Shown: positions 26,661-41,735, counted from the stretch's first letter. The stretch: DNA of 64,000 bases from Octopus vulgaris (GCA_951406725.2 OX597829.1:8742001-8806000), one strand, 5' to 3'. Made by a program: numbers and translations. The notes: a model not told the origin generated them from the sequence alone.

Positions 26661-27429
26661 GCGGTGGTGCCCCAGCATGGCCGCGGCCTTCGGGCTAAAA
26701 CATTTTTAAGGATTTAAGGATTTAAGGATAGATTTATCACTTTATCACTCTATCTTTCTATCTATTTATTCATATGTCCCTCCCTTTCTCTCACACACAC
26801 TCTCTCTCTCTCTCTCTCTCACACACACTCTTTCTCTCTCATATCATAACCTCGCACACATATACACACATCCATATGCACACACATGCTGCCACACGCA
26901 CTCACAGGTTTATTTTACTTTTCATCATTTTGAGGCTGATAACATAAGTACCAGTCAAGTACTGTTATCGATAAAATCGATTAGCCCTCCATCTACACTC
27001 CACAAAATTTCAGGCTTTCTGCCTATGGTACAAAAGATAATTACTCTCCTTACCGCTTCATTCTTAACTCTATCTGTTTTTCACGGGGGTCAGTTTTGAA
27101 TGTATGAAACTACCAACTGTAATCAACCTTTTATATATTTATGTAGTATTTGATTATAATAACAATCTACTGCAATTTGTCACAGAAATAACCCAAATAA
27201 CCATTTTAGAGATAATTTGACAAATAAAATCGTACATCTAGACACACATATATGTTACATACATGCACGCATATACGTTTATGTGTGCGTGTGTGCGTGT
27301 GCGTGTATATAAATGTAAATACATATTTATATATATACATCATCATCCTATACATATATAAATATACACAAACACACACACGTACATACATAAATATGAA
27401 GCGATAGTTTTTAAATTTTCATTATCACC

Positions 27430-27700
27430 CTTCTTATCGCCTCATATGTCTCATGTCTTACCTCTATAAGCCGCTTACAATGGTCGTAGTACAACACTAT
27501 CAGAAGAGGCCAACGACCAACAGCCAAGAGAACAAGCTGGTGTCCGTAGGAACTACAGTATGATGGATCACATATTCACTCATATAACGAGCGAATGAAT
27601 AAAAGCTTCATCTATATATCACTTTTGTTGATTACGAAGAGATCTTTGATAGCCTCGAACGCAGTGCTGAAGTCCCAGGATATGCAAGGTGTCGAGGTGC
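27430..27700 (+). mobile_element. RTE-clade LINE RT fragment
   Basis: YRLICLMSYLYK, QPREQAGVRRNYSMMDHIFT and FVDYEEIFDSL. Confidence 0.7.
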
Positions 27701-27849
27701 ATGACATCAAACTGTTCGGAAATGCGATCTTTGAATCTAAGCTGAAAAAAAATGTTACGGTCTTCCAAAAACACATAAAAATTTCGAAATATTTCTTCCA
27801 TTGCGCCCTTAATTTGCAGTGGGTATGAATGTTGCACTCCTAAAATTTC

Positions 27850-29665
27850 GAAATGGTTGGATGGCTTTCTGCTAAAAGATCAAGTTCCAACATTCGGGAT
27901 ACTTCTGATTTTGTTTCCAAATTGAACAAATCTTCTAAACACCGAAGTAGTGTAAAAGGCTGTATTTTGGTAACCATGGATGTTTCTTCCTTAAACCCCA
28001 ACATCGATCATAATGAGGGCTTCGAAGCATGCATGGAAGTCTTTTAAAGACGGTCAAAGAAAAGTATTCCCTTAAAGTTTCTCTGTAAATTATTAAAATT
28101 TGTGTTACAAAGTAACACAATGAAGTCTGGAAAATACTTTTTCCATCTGACGAAGGGAGGTGCAATGGGTACTCCATGGCAGTTAATTTCACAAATGTCT
28201 TCATGACAAAATTTGAAAGGCAGTTAATGGAGACATTAAAATCCCGGCATGGTCATGAACCTATTCTCTGGTTACGGTTCATCGGCGTCGTCTTTTGTTG
28301 TCTGGGAAGGAACACATTTCTGTGACTACTTCGCGGAAGACTATGGCTTTGAGTCCAAAATATAATTCACGACGAGCTTTTTAAAAACTAGCGTCGGATT
28401 TTTGGACACAAAAGTCAAGTTTTCGAAAAGCTTTATTTTGCAAATCTATGTCATCCCATATTTATCTCCACCGCCGCTCTGATCATCCACATCATACAAT
28501 CAGATCAAATTCGAAATCTCAGTTTTTAAAGATAAGACGTATTTGTACAGATTTTGAGGATTATTGGAAACATGCAGATACTTTTGTGCACCATTATGTA
28601 AAGTGTGGTTATAGTGAATCAAGATTAAAGAGAATCGCAAATGACATAGCTGTAATTAGTCGTGATAATCAAACTTTCACTCCTAATTCTAGCAGTCAGA
28701 AAAAAGCTTATGGCTGATTAACTGGCACCCACGTTTCGCTGGCGTTTCAAAGGGGTTGCATGACATTTACCAACATATTTCACAAAAATATCCTCATTTC
28801 CGACAAATATTTCCTCTTCAACCTATTGTAACCTTTAGACGTAATAGAAATATTAGAGAAATATTGACCAGTAACTGTGATAAAATCTCCATTGGAGATT
28901 CTGAACGTTGCACCCCCCAAAACATCCATATGAGAGGTAAGCCCTGTTCGTTGTGCAGTAACATAAGTCAGACCAATTCCATCAAGAATTATAACAGAAA
29001 TGTTGGTTTACACAGAAGGAGGGACCTGTAAAGATTCCCATCTGGTGTATGTAGCGGAATGCACCAAACGCAAAATGATTTGTGTTGGTTGCACAACTGA
29101 ACGATTGCAAAAAAGATTTAACGAACACAGGTACGACATCAGGCACAATAACAGTGGTTCAACGGAACTTACGAAACATTTCACATCAAACGGGTGTAGA
29201 TTTGAGGAGGGCCTGAAGGTGCACATTCTCAAAAAATACCCTCACTCCATTGCACTTTCAGTCCTCAAAACCCACGAGAATAGATATGTTTGTGATCTGT
29301 TGATATTTCTGGAGGGATTAATAAAATGGCAGGTGAATTCCACCATATTGATACTAAACTCTTTGACGGAATATTATTTTTTCTCCAATTCTTTTCTTTC
29401 TTTTTGTTTTTTGCTTTCTTTTTTCTTTCTTTCCTTTTGTTTCCTTCTGATGACGTCGTTTTACTTGGAAAGAAACGCAGAATTTCGGTTTAATTTTGAA
29501 TGTTTCAGCGTTTCCTATCTTTGAATTTAATTTCCTTTAATATTTTGAACTTGTAAAAGACACATGGAGTGTCGAAATTGGTCAACCAATAAAATATCTT
29601 TTGCATGCACATCGAGCTCTTCCTCTTGTCTGTTTACCCTTGTGAAGAGTTACGTCAATCCTTTA
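27850..29665 (+). mobile_element. Degenerate Penelope-like element (RT + GIY-YIG, Cys-linker type) with 3' terminal region
   Basis: IRDTSDFVSKL, LVTMDVSSLNPNI, GGAMGTP, WLRFIG(DD), FLDT, YLHRRSDHPHH, CSLC and LVYVAECTK..CVGCTTERLQKRFNEHR. Confidence 0.9.
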
Positions 29666-29724
29666 AAATTATTATTATTATTATTATTATTGTTGTTGTT
29701 GTTGTTGTTGTTGTTGTTATTCAT

Positions 29725-30510
29725 TAGTCTTATTTTTATCACGTGCTTTCACTGCACTACCGATCGCAGCTCTGTGTGCTTTGGGTATGTGCTGTGGTTT
29801 GTTGTGATACTCTTATTTTTATGGAATTTAAAGTGTTGTACATAGGTTGTGTGCAGTGCCCAGTAGTGCAGTTTTCTCTATGTTATATATACTTATTAAT
29901 CTTGGTGTTTTTGTTATGTATTTGTCTGAATATTTTTTATCATACCTAATGCGCCTACTATTATAGGAATTGTTTCTGTTTGTAGGCTTCACATTCGATT
30001 ACCTCTGTTTCCAGATCTTTTTATTTTGAAAGTTTCTCCGTTTCTTTTAGAGAAACATTGTCATCTGTTGGTATTGATATATCAACTAGAAAGCAATTTT
30101 TCTTGGTGATATCTAACAACTATATCCGGCCTATTGGCCTTAATTTCTCTATTTGTGTGTATTGGAATATCCCAGAGTATGGTTGCATTATCCTCTTCTG
30201 TGACTATTGTTGTTTACTTCGTCTTAGTTGGAAATGTTACGCCTGCCTTCGTCTTGTACTGTCCTAGTGCTTATGATATTATTTGGCATTGCTGTGTGGT
30301 TAATATCTACATTTTGCTGATGTATTTTCCCTTTTAAGTATTCTATTTCTGCTTCTGATATTTTTGTTTTAAGAATATATCTTCGTGTGTTAGCTAGTTT
30401 ATTAGGGTTCATTGCTGTATCCAAGTCTTTATCTAGGTTATTTTACTTCCAGATTTTATATGTATATCTTGTGGTGTTTTCGTTCTTTGGATAGATCATT
30501 GCTGTAAGAT
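29725..30510 (-). mobile_element. R4/Dong-like RLE LINE 3' fragment (same family as 51835-53100)
   Basis: LWDIPIHTNREIKANRPDI..CFLVDISIP. The 3' UTR ATCACGTG.TTTCACTGCACTACCGA.CGCAGCT is shared with ~51848. It abuts (TTA)n/(TTG)n. Confidence 0.8.
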
Positions 30511-31040
30511 AAGTAGGATTGAAATATATTCCTCACACGTCCATTTAGGCTTTTTTTATTTTATTTCCGGGAAATGAGGAATAACGTCCGGCATTTTACC
30601 TTGATGATCATCATTTTCGTTGGGTACGGGTCGGTTCATTTCTGCTGTTAAATGATTTTGCACGTGTAGTTTTTCGTACTTCTTGTGCAACAAGTTTAAA
30701 GTACATATATCTCGTTTGTTATCCTTGGGTTGATTAATACGGGTATCATTTAATTTATTTTTCATTCTTTTTTTGTGCGTGGTATTTGGGGACTGAAATG
30801 CTCTGATGTTGATTTGTGCGAGTGATGGAGATGATACACAGTTAAAATACATCATTTCATATGGAGAATAGAAATATATCTTAATGTGTATTATTTACTC
30901 GGATATAGTGCAACACTTTGTGAGTTATTTTCGCTCCATTTGTTGCCTTTATTCCCGATGTTTTTGGATAGGTTTCGGTGCAGTGTTTTATCGCTCTCAC
31001 ATGTTAAACGTCCCAGGTGTTGTTATCATAATCATCATCG

Positions 31041-31089
<49 letters not shown>

Positions 31090-31104
31090 TATCATCATCA
31101 TTAT

Positions 31105-33030
31105 GTCTTTTTATCACAAGTTGTGGGGACCACAAGGGTCTTACAGGCGTAGCGGGCTTCCTACGGTACCATGCTATCCGTTATTTTTTTCAGCTATCCA
31201 ATACTTTCCTGCAAGCCTCTTTTTACAGTCCTACTGGGCACTGCGATTTAGTTGATATTCCTCTTGATGCCTTCTGATACTGTTCCCAAGGACCCAACAA
31301 TAATTGGCTCTATCTTTACCTTCTTCATTTTCCATAGCCAGGCTATTTCGTACTTAAGATGGTTGTATTTATCTATCTTTTCGCCTTCCTTCTTGACTAT
31401 TCGTGGGTCGAAGGGGCATGCAACATCAACTATATAGCACATGAGTGCATCTTGTCGACTACAACTAGGTACGACCTGTTATGCTCTAGCATCTGATCTG
31501 TTTGGATTAGGAAATCCCAGAGGCTTTCACTAGTCTCCGACTCCACCACTCTCAGTGGTTTATGCTCATACCACGTCTTGCATCTCTCTAGCACCCCATC
31601 CTTTTCGTACAGTTTCCATAATAACACTTTCACTACCTGATCGTGTCTCCACAACTTGTAGAGGTTTCGGGCATGTCTAGGGCATTCGTTTGTGATATGG
31701 GCAATGGTTTCATCCACTTTGTTGCAGGTGCGGCACAGCGGAGACACTTGCTCATTCCAAAGGTTGACCTTCCAGTTCGTGGCCAAAAATTGGTCTTGCG
31801 CTGCGAATATAGTGCTCTCGGTCTCTTTTTTTTTTTGGCTTCTTTCATAAGCCAATCCCACCTATTTGTTTGAGGAAGTTATCTTGTGGCTACATGGAAT
31901 TGATTGTGTAGTCCCTTGCGTAATCCTTCTTCATGTCCTTTTTGTAATTCTTAAATTTTCCTTTTTACTCCGCTTTCAAAACTCCCTCGTTCCTAGCTGT
32001 TACCATCAAGGTGTCCTTACTTTGGGCTAGATATCTCATTAAGCTCTCGAGTTCGATATATATATACAGTCTTCCCCACTTATCAGTCCCCTTCCTCCAT
32101 CTGCTCTCTTCATGTTTAGGCGATCAGTGTTTGCAAGTGGATGATGGGCTGCAATGCATCGTCAGGAGCTTTCTTGATTTCCTGTCCATCTCCTTTAGCT
32201 CCTCCTCTGTCCACTTCAAAATTCCAGCGCCATACCGAACTACTCTGACTGCACGCGAGTTTATTGCTGAAATTATGTTTCTGGTATTCAGCTTTGAAGC
32301 CAGTATTTTTCTCACTCACCGCAAGTACTCCCTTTTCGTATTTTCCTTCATGTCATTGTGTTTAATTCCATCTGCCTCAAGTATCTCCAATTATTTACAG
32401 CTGGATCGGGGTTAAACTGTCTTCATCATCTCACAACTCGGCAAACCTATGCCCCCTGTCCAGACAAGCTGCTTCACCATCGTAGCATACTTTAGGAGCC
32501 CAAACTCTATCTTAGCACCACCAGAGGAAATTCGCACAGACTGGACTAGGCTGACTGGTTCTGCCTCCCTTTTTGTGAACAACTTCAAGTCGTCCATAAA
32601 TAGCAAATGGTTCGGTTTTCCCTTACCTCTTCCCAGGTCATACCCCGACTTTGTTTTCTGTAGTATTTCACTTAAGGGGATCACTCTCAGCACAAAGATC
32701 AGTAGGGACGCACTACCCTCTGGAATATTGCCCTCCTGATTTTCACCTCTCCTAATACTTGATTACCTGCTGTCAATTCCTTTCTCCAGCATTTCATACA
32801 GTTTCTTATAAGTCTTCTAATTTTTCTGCTACTCCATTTATTTCCATTGTTCTTATCATTCGGGAGTGCGGTATCATCGTACGCTTTTCGATAGTTAACC
32901 CATGCCATGCTCAGGTTTGTGTGTCTTCTCTTGCAGTATCTGATATGTAGACTATCGATTAAGAGCTGATCCTTCTTTCCCCGGCTCCTTTTCCGACACC
33001 CTTTCTACTTCTTACCAAGTATCTAAGTAT
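31105..33030 (-). mobile_element. R4/Dong-like RLE LINE (RT + CCHC + PD-(D/E)xK nuclease), decayed
   Basis: [58 protein letters not shown], and IVDVACPFD..KIDKY..IIVGSLG. Confidence 0.9.
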
Positions 33031-33052
33031 ATATGTTGTTGTTGTTGTTGTT

Positions 33053-33103
<51 letters not shown>

Positions 33104-33119
33104 AATATTATTATTAAAT

Positions 33120-33400
33120 GATGTACACTCACAGCTTATTTTGCTGGGTTTGATGGAAAGGTGACACTTGTTTACTGGTCATGCTTCAAGAACCCTGCAA
33201 AGAATTCCTTGCATTTCCAAGCAATGCTGATTTTTATAGGTGTTCTACCTTTACACCTGCACCAATCTTTTTCAGCCACGTTGGTAGTTGACTGTTGATA
33301 CTTCCAAGTGCACCAATTACTATTGGCATCATGTCTACTCCCTTCATTCATCACAAACTTCGTATTTCCCACTTCAAATCATCATAGTTGTTTACTTTCT
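33120..33400 (-). mobile_element. Short 3' end of an R4/Dong-like LINE
   Basis: MPIVIGALGSI..EHL*KSALLGNAR, followed by TAA/CAA repeats. Confidence 0.7.
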
Positions 33401-34589
33401 CTTCTTAATTATTATCATTATTGTTATCAATGTTATTATCAATGATATTGATATTATTTAGTGTATGGTACTTACAATCATAATCAGTTTTATCGTTGGA
33501 GTGTTATGATTATTAGTATTGTAAATTTTCGTTAATTTTATATGATTTATATAAACCATTATTTAGATTGACCGAAATATCTTACATTTCAGCAGTTTTA
33601 TAGTTAGAACCTGTAGCAATGGAAAGCTAACTTTTTTAAACAAAATTATGATTTAATTTTTGTTTATTTCCGTATCAAGTTTACTGTTTTTATAAAAGAA
33701 AAGCGCATCATCAAGATATAATCTTCCAAGAATTGAATGGAATTGTAACTTAATATTGAATAATAAATATATTACTAGTAGATCCGTGATATCTGTGGTG
33801 TCTCTAGACCCCATAGCAACATCAACATTATCAGGTAGCTCTTTAGGAGTCTATCATTTATTGTCACATTTTACTGTATAATAGTTTTTCTAGCTTCTAG
33901 AATAATAGCAATTTCTTTTGCATTCAGATAAATAATAATTAAGATCAGTTTGTAGAAATTTCATGTTCATTTAGTCATTTAACTTTATAAACCAGACAAT
34001 TACATTTAAAGAATTAGTCCAAAGTTAGGAGAAAAGATAGATAGCTAGGGTTTGTTTTTTATACAAACTCTACCGATATCTGATTTAGAAGGGTGAATAA
34101 ATCTTAGTGAAATTTTCTTGTTAAAAATTAGGTGTATGAGCTGTTTTATGAGCTTAGTTCGTAAGATTCAGTTCGATTCTCATTATTAAAATCCTTTACT
34201 ATTTTAAGTTCCTTTGAATTTATCTTATTCAATGTGTTGATCATGGATTTTTTTAAAACTTGCAATATATATATATAAAACTGCCAACCAAGTATGGCGT
34301 CCTACACGTCCTGGAGCTATAGCTCCAGGAAGACATCTTTTCCAATTGGTTAAGGACACACATTCTGTGTGCCATTACTATGTGCGAGGCGAGGTCATCG
34401 CTCCCATCTCTACCTTTACGTGTTAAACATGCATACATACACACACACACATACGCGCACATATATATTATTATTATCATTTTTAATTGTTACACTATAT
34501 AATAATAGAATCAATAATATCTTCGCAAATATTTTCTCCTGAATTATTTGCTCTGTATTGAAACTATTTTCACACTGGTGGCTGATACG

Positions 34590-34860
34590 TTTCGGGGTCG
34601 ATTAAATAAGTACCAGTTATGCACTGGGGTCGATATAATCGACTTTATCCGTTTGTCTGTCCTTCTTTGTCCGTTCTGTGTTTAGCCCCTTGTGGGTTGT
34701 AAAGAAATAGATATTTCGTCATGAATTGTGAATTGTGAATTGAAATTCCGCCGAGGTCAACTTTGACTTTAATTCTTTTACCAGTTACGTACTGAGGTCG
34801 ATCTAATCAATTGGCCCCCTTCCTCAAAATTTCGGATCTTGTGCCTAGAAAACGAAAGTA
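34590..34860 (+). mobile_element. SINE family A, partial tandem copies
   Basis: TTCGGGGTCGATTAAATAAGTACCAGTT..AATTCCGCCGAGGTC. Confidence 0.75.
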
Positions 34861-35759
34861 TATTAATGACTTGGATGTCATTACAAGACATTAATATTGA
34901 CGTATCAGCTTCCAGGAATGTATTTAATATATAAAATTGGTCTATCCAATAATATTACACCGCTGTATTTGGTGGTTATCTAAGCAATGTGTTCGTGGAG
35001 GATTAAGGGGTTAGGTGGGTGTAGATGAAGGGACAAAAACTTCCGAAATATGGCGTATGCGCCCGGTTGTTTGTTTACATCGTACGTCTCAGATACGAAA
35101 CGCCGTGACAAAATATGTGCTGGCTATAATTTCTATTGTAACTGTGTAGAAATAACCTTAAAATGTGTACACACACATACACGCACGCGCGCAATGACAC
35201 AAACACATACACACACACACATATAATATTATATATATTATAAAAACATTAATACTCAAATAGAAAACTAATATGAAAGAAACACAAGGAGCAGAAACAC
35301 TAAATGTTTAGTTATTCTCAAGAAAGTCACAAACTACATTTAGTACAATGAACTGCCTCTGGTGACATTTCCGACAAACTAGATTCAATCTGTCTCAGAT
35401 TTCTTGCACTTTAGCTGACTGAGTATGCCAGTTGATCCCGAATAAAACGATGCCAATAGTATAAGTACTGATCTGATATTTGAAGCGAAGAAAACCCCTT
35501 AATATCAAAAATGCCGAACGATATCTACAGCAACAGTACCCTTTTCCATTAACCACTTTTTTCCCGAATTGAAAGAATTCGGGCAATATTTCAGCAGCCC
35601 CTCAAATGCCGTTTTTTTCCTCTTCCTTATGTCACTGTGTCGTTATGTGTTGGTGCTTTCTACCGTTACATTCACTCTTTTGCATGAACATCCTCCGCTG
35701 AAGATCGCCAGAAATATATTTTAGCTCTGGTACTCACTGCTAAATTTCATTTAATATGC

Positions 35760-35881
35760 GCCTCTCTCTCTCTCTCTGTCTGTCTGTGTCTGTCTGTCTG
35801 TATGTATGTATGTCTCTCCTCTCTCTTCCCTCTCTCTTCCCTCTCTCTCTCCTCTCTCTTTCTCTCTCTCTCCTCTCTCTT

Positions 35882-35920
<39 letters not shown>

Positions 35921-36049
35921 GTTTGTGTATGTTTGCGCGCGTGTGTGTGTTTATCTGTGTTGGAAATGCTTAACCATGTAGTAGTAGTAGTAGTAATAGT
36001 AGTGGTGGTGGTGGTGGTAGTAGTAGTAGTAGTAGTAATAGTAGTGGTG

Positions 36050-36130
<81 letters not shown>

Positions 36131-36139
36131 GTAATAGTA

Positions 36140-36193
<54 letters not shown>

Positions 36194-36222
36194 ATAGTAG
36201 TAGTAGTAGTAGTAGTAGTAGT
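35760..36222 (+). repeat. Compound (CT)n, (GT)n and (GTA/GTG)n microsatellite
   Basis: Direct inspection. Confidence 0.95.
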
Positions 36223-37286
36223 TGAAATTTGTTATTTTCGATGTTCTTTACCTTGTTTTGCCCCTAGTCAGCCCTGATCAAGCAGACTAAAGGCATTTCA
36301 ACCGTTGACATCCGGTTATATTTCGCCCAAACATCGTATATTTAAGATTATGTTGTCTCCAGTGCATCGTTTTCTTTTTCTGTTTTTTCTTTTTTAAATA
36401 GAGTATAATATGAGCAGAGAAATATTTGATGTCTGCTTTTCACGATTAAATTAATTACATGGAAGGTGTCTGTTTGATTAGTGTTATGTTTCCATCGAAG
36501 CAATTTATACAAATTTATTCTCTGTATTTTGTACTTTCGAATATAACAGTCATCAATATCTCTTTTCTCATCAACAAATCATTTTTCATTCATTTGATTG
36601 AGAAATTAGTCTCACAAGGCGATTCATTTAATCGACTTCGCACATCCCTCGACCCGTACATGTTAACGGTGAAGTTGCAAAGTAGGACAATGCCGGAATT
36701 AAATTTCATTCCGATTCTTTATGCTTTGAGTTCATAACCAGCCTGGGTCAAGGCAACATTCCCTCTCAGTCTTATATAGACAAAATATTAAGTAGCAGGG
36801 GAGTGATTTAGTAGAATATACTCCTTCTTCCCCATCAGACATAATGGATTCATGTCAATGTTAAAAAACATTATTAAATAACAAATAAGGGTTAGACAAG
36901 TTTAACAAACTTATTGAGTTTGATATCAAGCGATTACTGGCTTTGCATTTCAAAAAGCTGTCTCTGTCTGGTGTCAATAAGGCAGTCACTGCTCAATTAG
37001 GTTCAATCGCAGCTGGAAACCATAACATTCATGCATACATAAGTATACACACAGGCATACAACTTACGAACCTTTTGCCACCATACCAACAAACAAAATG
37101 CTGCAAAAACACATACATACACACACACACACATACACACATACATACACAAACACACACATACACACATATTTATACACAGACGGACATAGGTACACAC
37201 AGGCACACGTACAAGCATACACACGTGTAAACAGCTATATAGACATATGCATATATATATACATGTGTGTGCGTGTATGTGCGCAC

Positions 37287-37332
<46 letters not shown>

Positions 37333-38007
37333 ATGTATATATGTATTGGTGTATATATGTGTGTGTGTATGTATATACTTTCAGAGAATTTAAAGGAAAT
37401 TAGTATATTTATAGTTGTACCTTCTCTTTAATAGAATCTTTTAGAGTAGTACTCCGTCACTGCCTTTCTCTGTCAGTCTCTGTCTCCATCTTTCTTCTAT
37501 CTTTCTTTATTCATTTTAACCTGTATACTCTTTAACTTAGTTCCTACACAAACAGGAATACATACTCTCACATACAAACACTTTTTCATTAACAATGGCT
37601 CGAGAACTGGCGCTTACAACAGGGGCGAGAGTGGCCATCCTTGATGAGCAGAACGTGCGATGGCAAAACGATTTCGATGTGTGGTCATTTATTTTAACCA
37701 CCGAAAAGTTGTCACTTCTTTTTTAGCGATCCAGTATCTGAAAAACGGCTACTGCTAGGGCAGCCTCCAAATACTGGTGATAGACCCAATCAAAGTAACT
37801 ATTTGTGCCTGAACTGGACATGCAGGTAATATATTGTAGATGAAGATCTATGACCAATATCGGCTGACTATCAACTAAAAAGCATAGCAGAGATAGCAAC
37901 AAAAGCAATGGGCCACAGAAATATAACTGGTTTCGCAGAGGTTCGCTTATGTTTCAACTTTCTGTTCAAGTTCTACCCAAGTTCACTTGACACATATTCT
38001 CTCTAAT

Positions 38008-38187
<180 letters not shown>

Positions 38188-38722
38188 AGTGAGAGAGCAA
38201 TACATGCCATCAAAGTGACACTGGGGTAAAATATACGAAGCCCAGAATACACATCATGGCTACCCGTCTGATAAGGGTACACCAGGCACATGCATCACAA
38301 CCATAGGTGCGCGACATGGTGATCACATATCAAGTTAAACAGCACATGACCTTGTAGCTGGGGCCCAGTTAGAATTTTCTTCTGGTTGAGTAGTCCATCC
38401 CGCTCAAATGGTCCCTGAATAAGGATTGGTTAAGGATGTTGAACGAAACACCCATGTTTCCAAAGGTGAATTGTCCAAACCTCTAAGATTTCCTTTCAAC
38501 ACACGGCTATGATGCTCCCACACTATTTCTACTCATGATCAGAAATGCACATATGGTCAGCCACTAAGGGACATGGTCAACTGTTTAAGGTCAAACAACT
38601 GACAAGCAAATCAGTGGTATTGAGCAGAATATTTGCTGGAGCCCATCTTTTATACCAAGACAAAACAATGTACATGATAACACTTCCAATCAGTTAAGAT
38701 CAGAAGCCCTGAGAGCCACTGT
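38188..38722 (-). mobile_element. Non-coding ~535-bp repeat embedded in (TAA)n; probable 3' UTR or non-autonomous partner of a Dong-like LINE
   Basis: Bounded by TTA repeats on both sides. The minus strand ends ..GCTCTCTCACTC-AATAATAG-TAATAA. Confidence 0.5.
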
Positions 38723-38730
38723 TGTTGTTG

Positions 38731-38823
<93 letters not shown>

Positions 38824-38824
38824 T

Positions 38825-40121
38825 ATGTTTGACTTTTGCTTTATGTCTGTACAAGTTGACCCCAAGTCTCACCCAGAGACCTCAAGAGACAACAGGTTGG
38901 AAGTTCACGTTGTTGTTATGCCTAGTGTGCCATATATTTGGGGTTTTTTTTGGTGTTGTACTAGTGAATGTCTAATACATAAATTTTTAAAAAAAGTTTG
39001 TTTTAAACCTTGAGATTACACAGAGAGTATTTTGCGTAGGATATGAGCAGTTCCCATGAGCACTATCTTTTGAATTTCTGCCATTTTGGGGTTTCCTGGT
39101 ATCTGAGTTAGGTAGCAATCAGCCCCTTTCGCTATCATTCCCAGGGCACCTATGACAACAGGCATTGTTTTAGTCTTCAGGTTCCACATTTTGCTGATTT
39201 CTATTTCAAGATCTTTATATTTGCTCAGTTTTTGGTAGGTCTTGACAGATGCGTTTATATCGATTGGGACAGTCATATCAATGAGGAGGCATGTTCTTTG
39301 TCTGAAGTCGTTCAATATGATGTCTGGCCTATTTGCATCTATCTTTCTGTCAGTTTGAATGGTGAAGTTCCAGAGGAGTGAGATGTGGGCATTTTCAAGC
39401 ACTGGAGGTGGATTGTGTTCCCACCAGTTTTTTCATGGGGCAAATCCAGGTTTTTGCAAATTACCCAGTGAATATATTGTGCAGCTCTATCATGCCTGTT
39501 GAGGTACTCTGTGGGCGCTAGAAGACTGCATTTGGAGACAACATGATCAATGGTTTCATTTTGTTGTCGGCATACACGACATGTTGGGCTACTGCCGTTC
39601 TTTAATATGTTGGCCTGGTAGGTTCTTGTTGGTAGGCATTGATCTTGAGCTGCTATGATAAACCCTTCTGTTTCAGATTTTAAGTCAGAGGCCATTAGTC
39701 ATTGATGGGTCAGGGCTTTGTCAATATCTGCATTATTCGCTCTCTTTGGGTATTTGCTATAGAGAGGTTTTTCTTGCCATTTATTATTCAGAATATCTAA
39801 GGCCGCAGTTTTGGCACGGGTTTTCATGCGCCTAGCTTTTTCTGTGCTTGTTTCTTGTATGTCTATCTCTAATTCCGAAATTGGTTGTATTCGGAATTCA
39901 CTTAGATATTGCTTTGCCTGTTTTGTTACTGAGTATGATGCTTTCTTGTTTTCATGTTTTGAGCCAAGTTTTAACATCCAGTCGTCAGACTTTTTCAGGT
40001 AGGTGTCTAGGCCAATTGTAGCAATCTTCATTGTTATTGCCAGTTGCAAAAGACCACGGCCTCCCTCTTTTCTTGGCAGATAAATTCGTTCTGTATCTGC
40101 CTTAGGGTGGTGCATTCTATG
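38825..40121 (-). mobile_element. Relatively young 5'-truncated R4/Dong-like LINE inserted in (TAA)n
   Basis: HHPKADTERIYLPRKEGGRGL, LKSETEGFIIAAQDQ, CRVC..ETIDHVVSKC, RHD, NRPDI..LLIDMTVP..KLSKYKDL and VVIGALG. One stop (~39699) and one frameshift (~39430). (TTA)n on both flanks. Confidence 0.95.
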
Positions 40122-40543
<422 letters not shown>

Positions 40544-41275
40544 GATCCAATATAAGCTACTATTCCCCAAAAGTTATTCTGGCATTGATTCTGTCCAATT
40601 GCTGGAATTGATGTAAGAAATACATATGCACACCATACGTACTAAATAATAAAATATGTAATGGTATCGATGTAATCAACAATGCCTATATTAAATCGGA
40701 TTCGCTGATTGAAAATGATGCTTTACTGAACAAATTAGTGAAAGGTGAATAAGTGTGGTCGCTTTTTCTCACACAGGATTTTCTGAAGCTTGTCTCATTA
40801 ATGGAGCTACAGTTTTGGGTTTAGCGGACACCGAGAAAAGGTCCTTGATACCTGGAGTATCACAGCCTCAGCGCATATTACCCTAATGTTTTTGCTTACA
40901 CACCATCATCAGTGTTTCTGGAACTCGAACGGTGCTGGTACCTAAGATCTCATCTCCCCTCACGATGTCCATCCTTCTTCGTACTAGGAAGGGGCCATTA
41001 ATTCTATGTTGGTCCTCCTCCTCGCTCAGAGTTTTGTGTTTGTGTCGTTGATTGTTGCAGTTATGGCTGGGGGTTCTTTTCGTCGGTTGTTGCTGTTGTC
41101 GTAGTGTTGCTGGACCTATTTATGACAGAGATGGATGCGTTAATGATTGTGATGCTGCAGTAATTAACGATGCTGTATTCTGTGGCTGTTGTGGTTTCTA
41201 TGGATTTTCACATGTGCATTTTGTTGTTGAGCATCATGTTTTAATGCTTTATTTTATAATTTTATTTTTCACTTT

Positions 41276-41326
41276 TATTATTATTATTATTATTATTATT
41301 ATCATTTTAATTATTGTTATTATTAC

Positions 41327-41374
<48 letters not shown>

Positions 41375-41418
41375 CATCATCATCATTATTATTATTATTA
41401 TCATTATTATTATTATTA

Positions 41419-41473
<55 letters not shown>

Positions 41474-41532
41474 CATCATCATTATTATCATTATTATTAT
41501 TATTATCATTATTATTAATATTATTATTATTA

Positions 41533-41566
<34 letters not shown>

Positions 41567-41625
41567 CATTTTAATTATTATTATTATTACTATTATTATT
41601 ATCATTATTATTATTATTATTATTA

Positions 41626-41695
<70 letters not shown>

Positions 41696-41735
41696 CATTA
41701 TTATTATCATTATTATTATCATCATTATTATCATC

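Noticed and set aside
29447-29485. CTGATGA..GAAAC as a canonical hammerhead
   Set aside because: No convincing stem I or stem II pairing around the boxes.
35756-36277. 173-aa Leu/Ser/Val ORF resembling a membrane protein
   Set aside because: (CT)n and (GTA)n microsatellites.
40760-40890. Splice-acceptor-like TTTTTCTCACACAG followed by a short open frame
   Set aside because: No recognisable protein and no convincing donor; cannot support a host exon.
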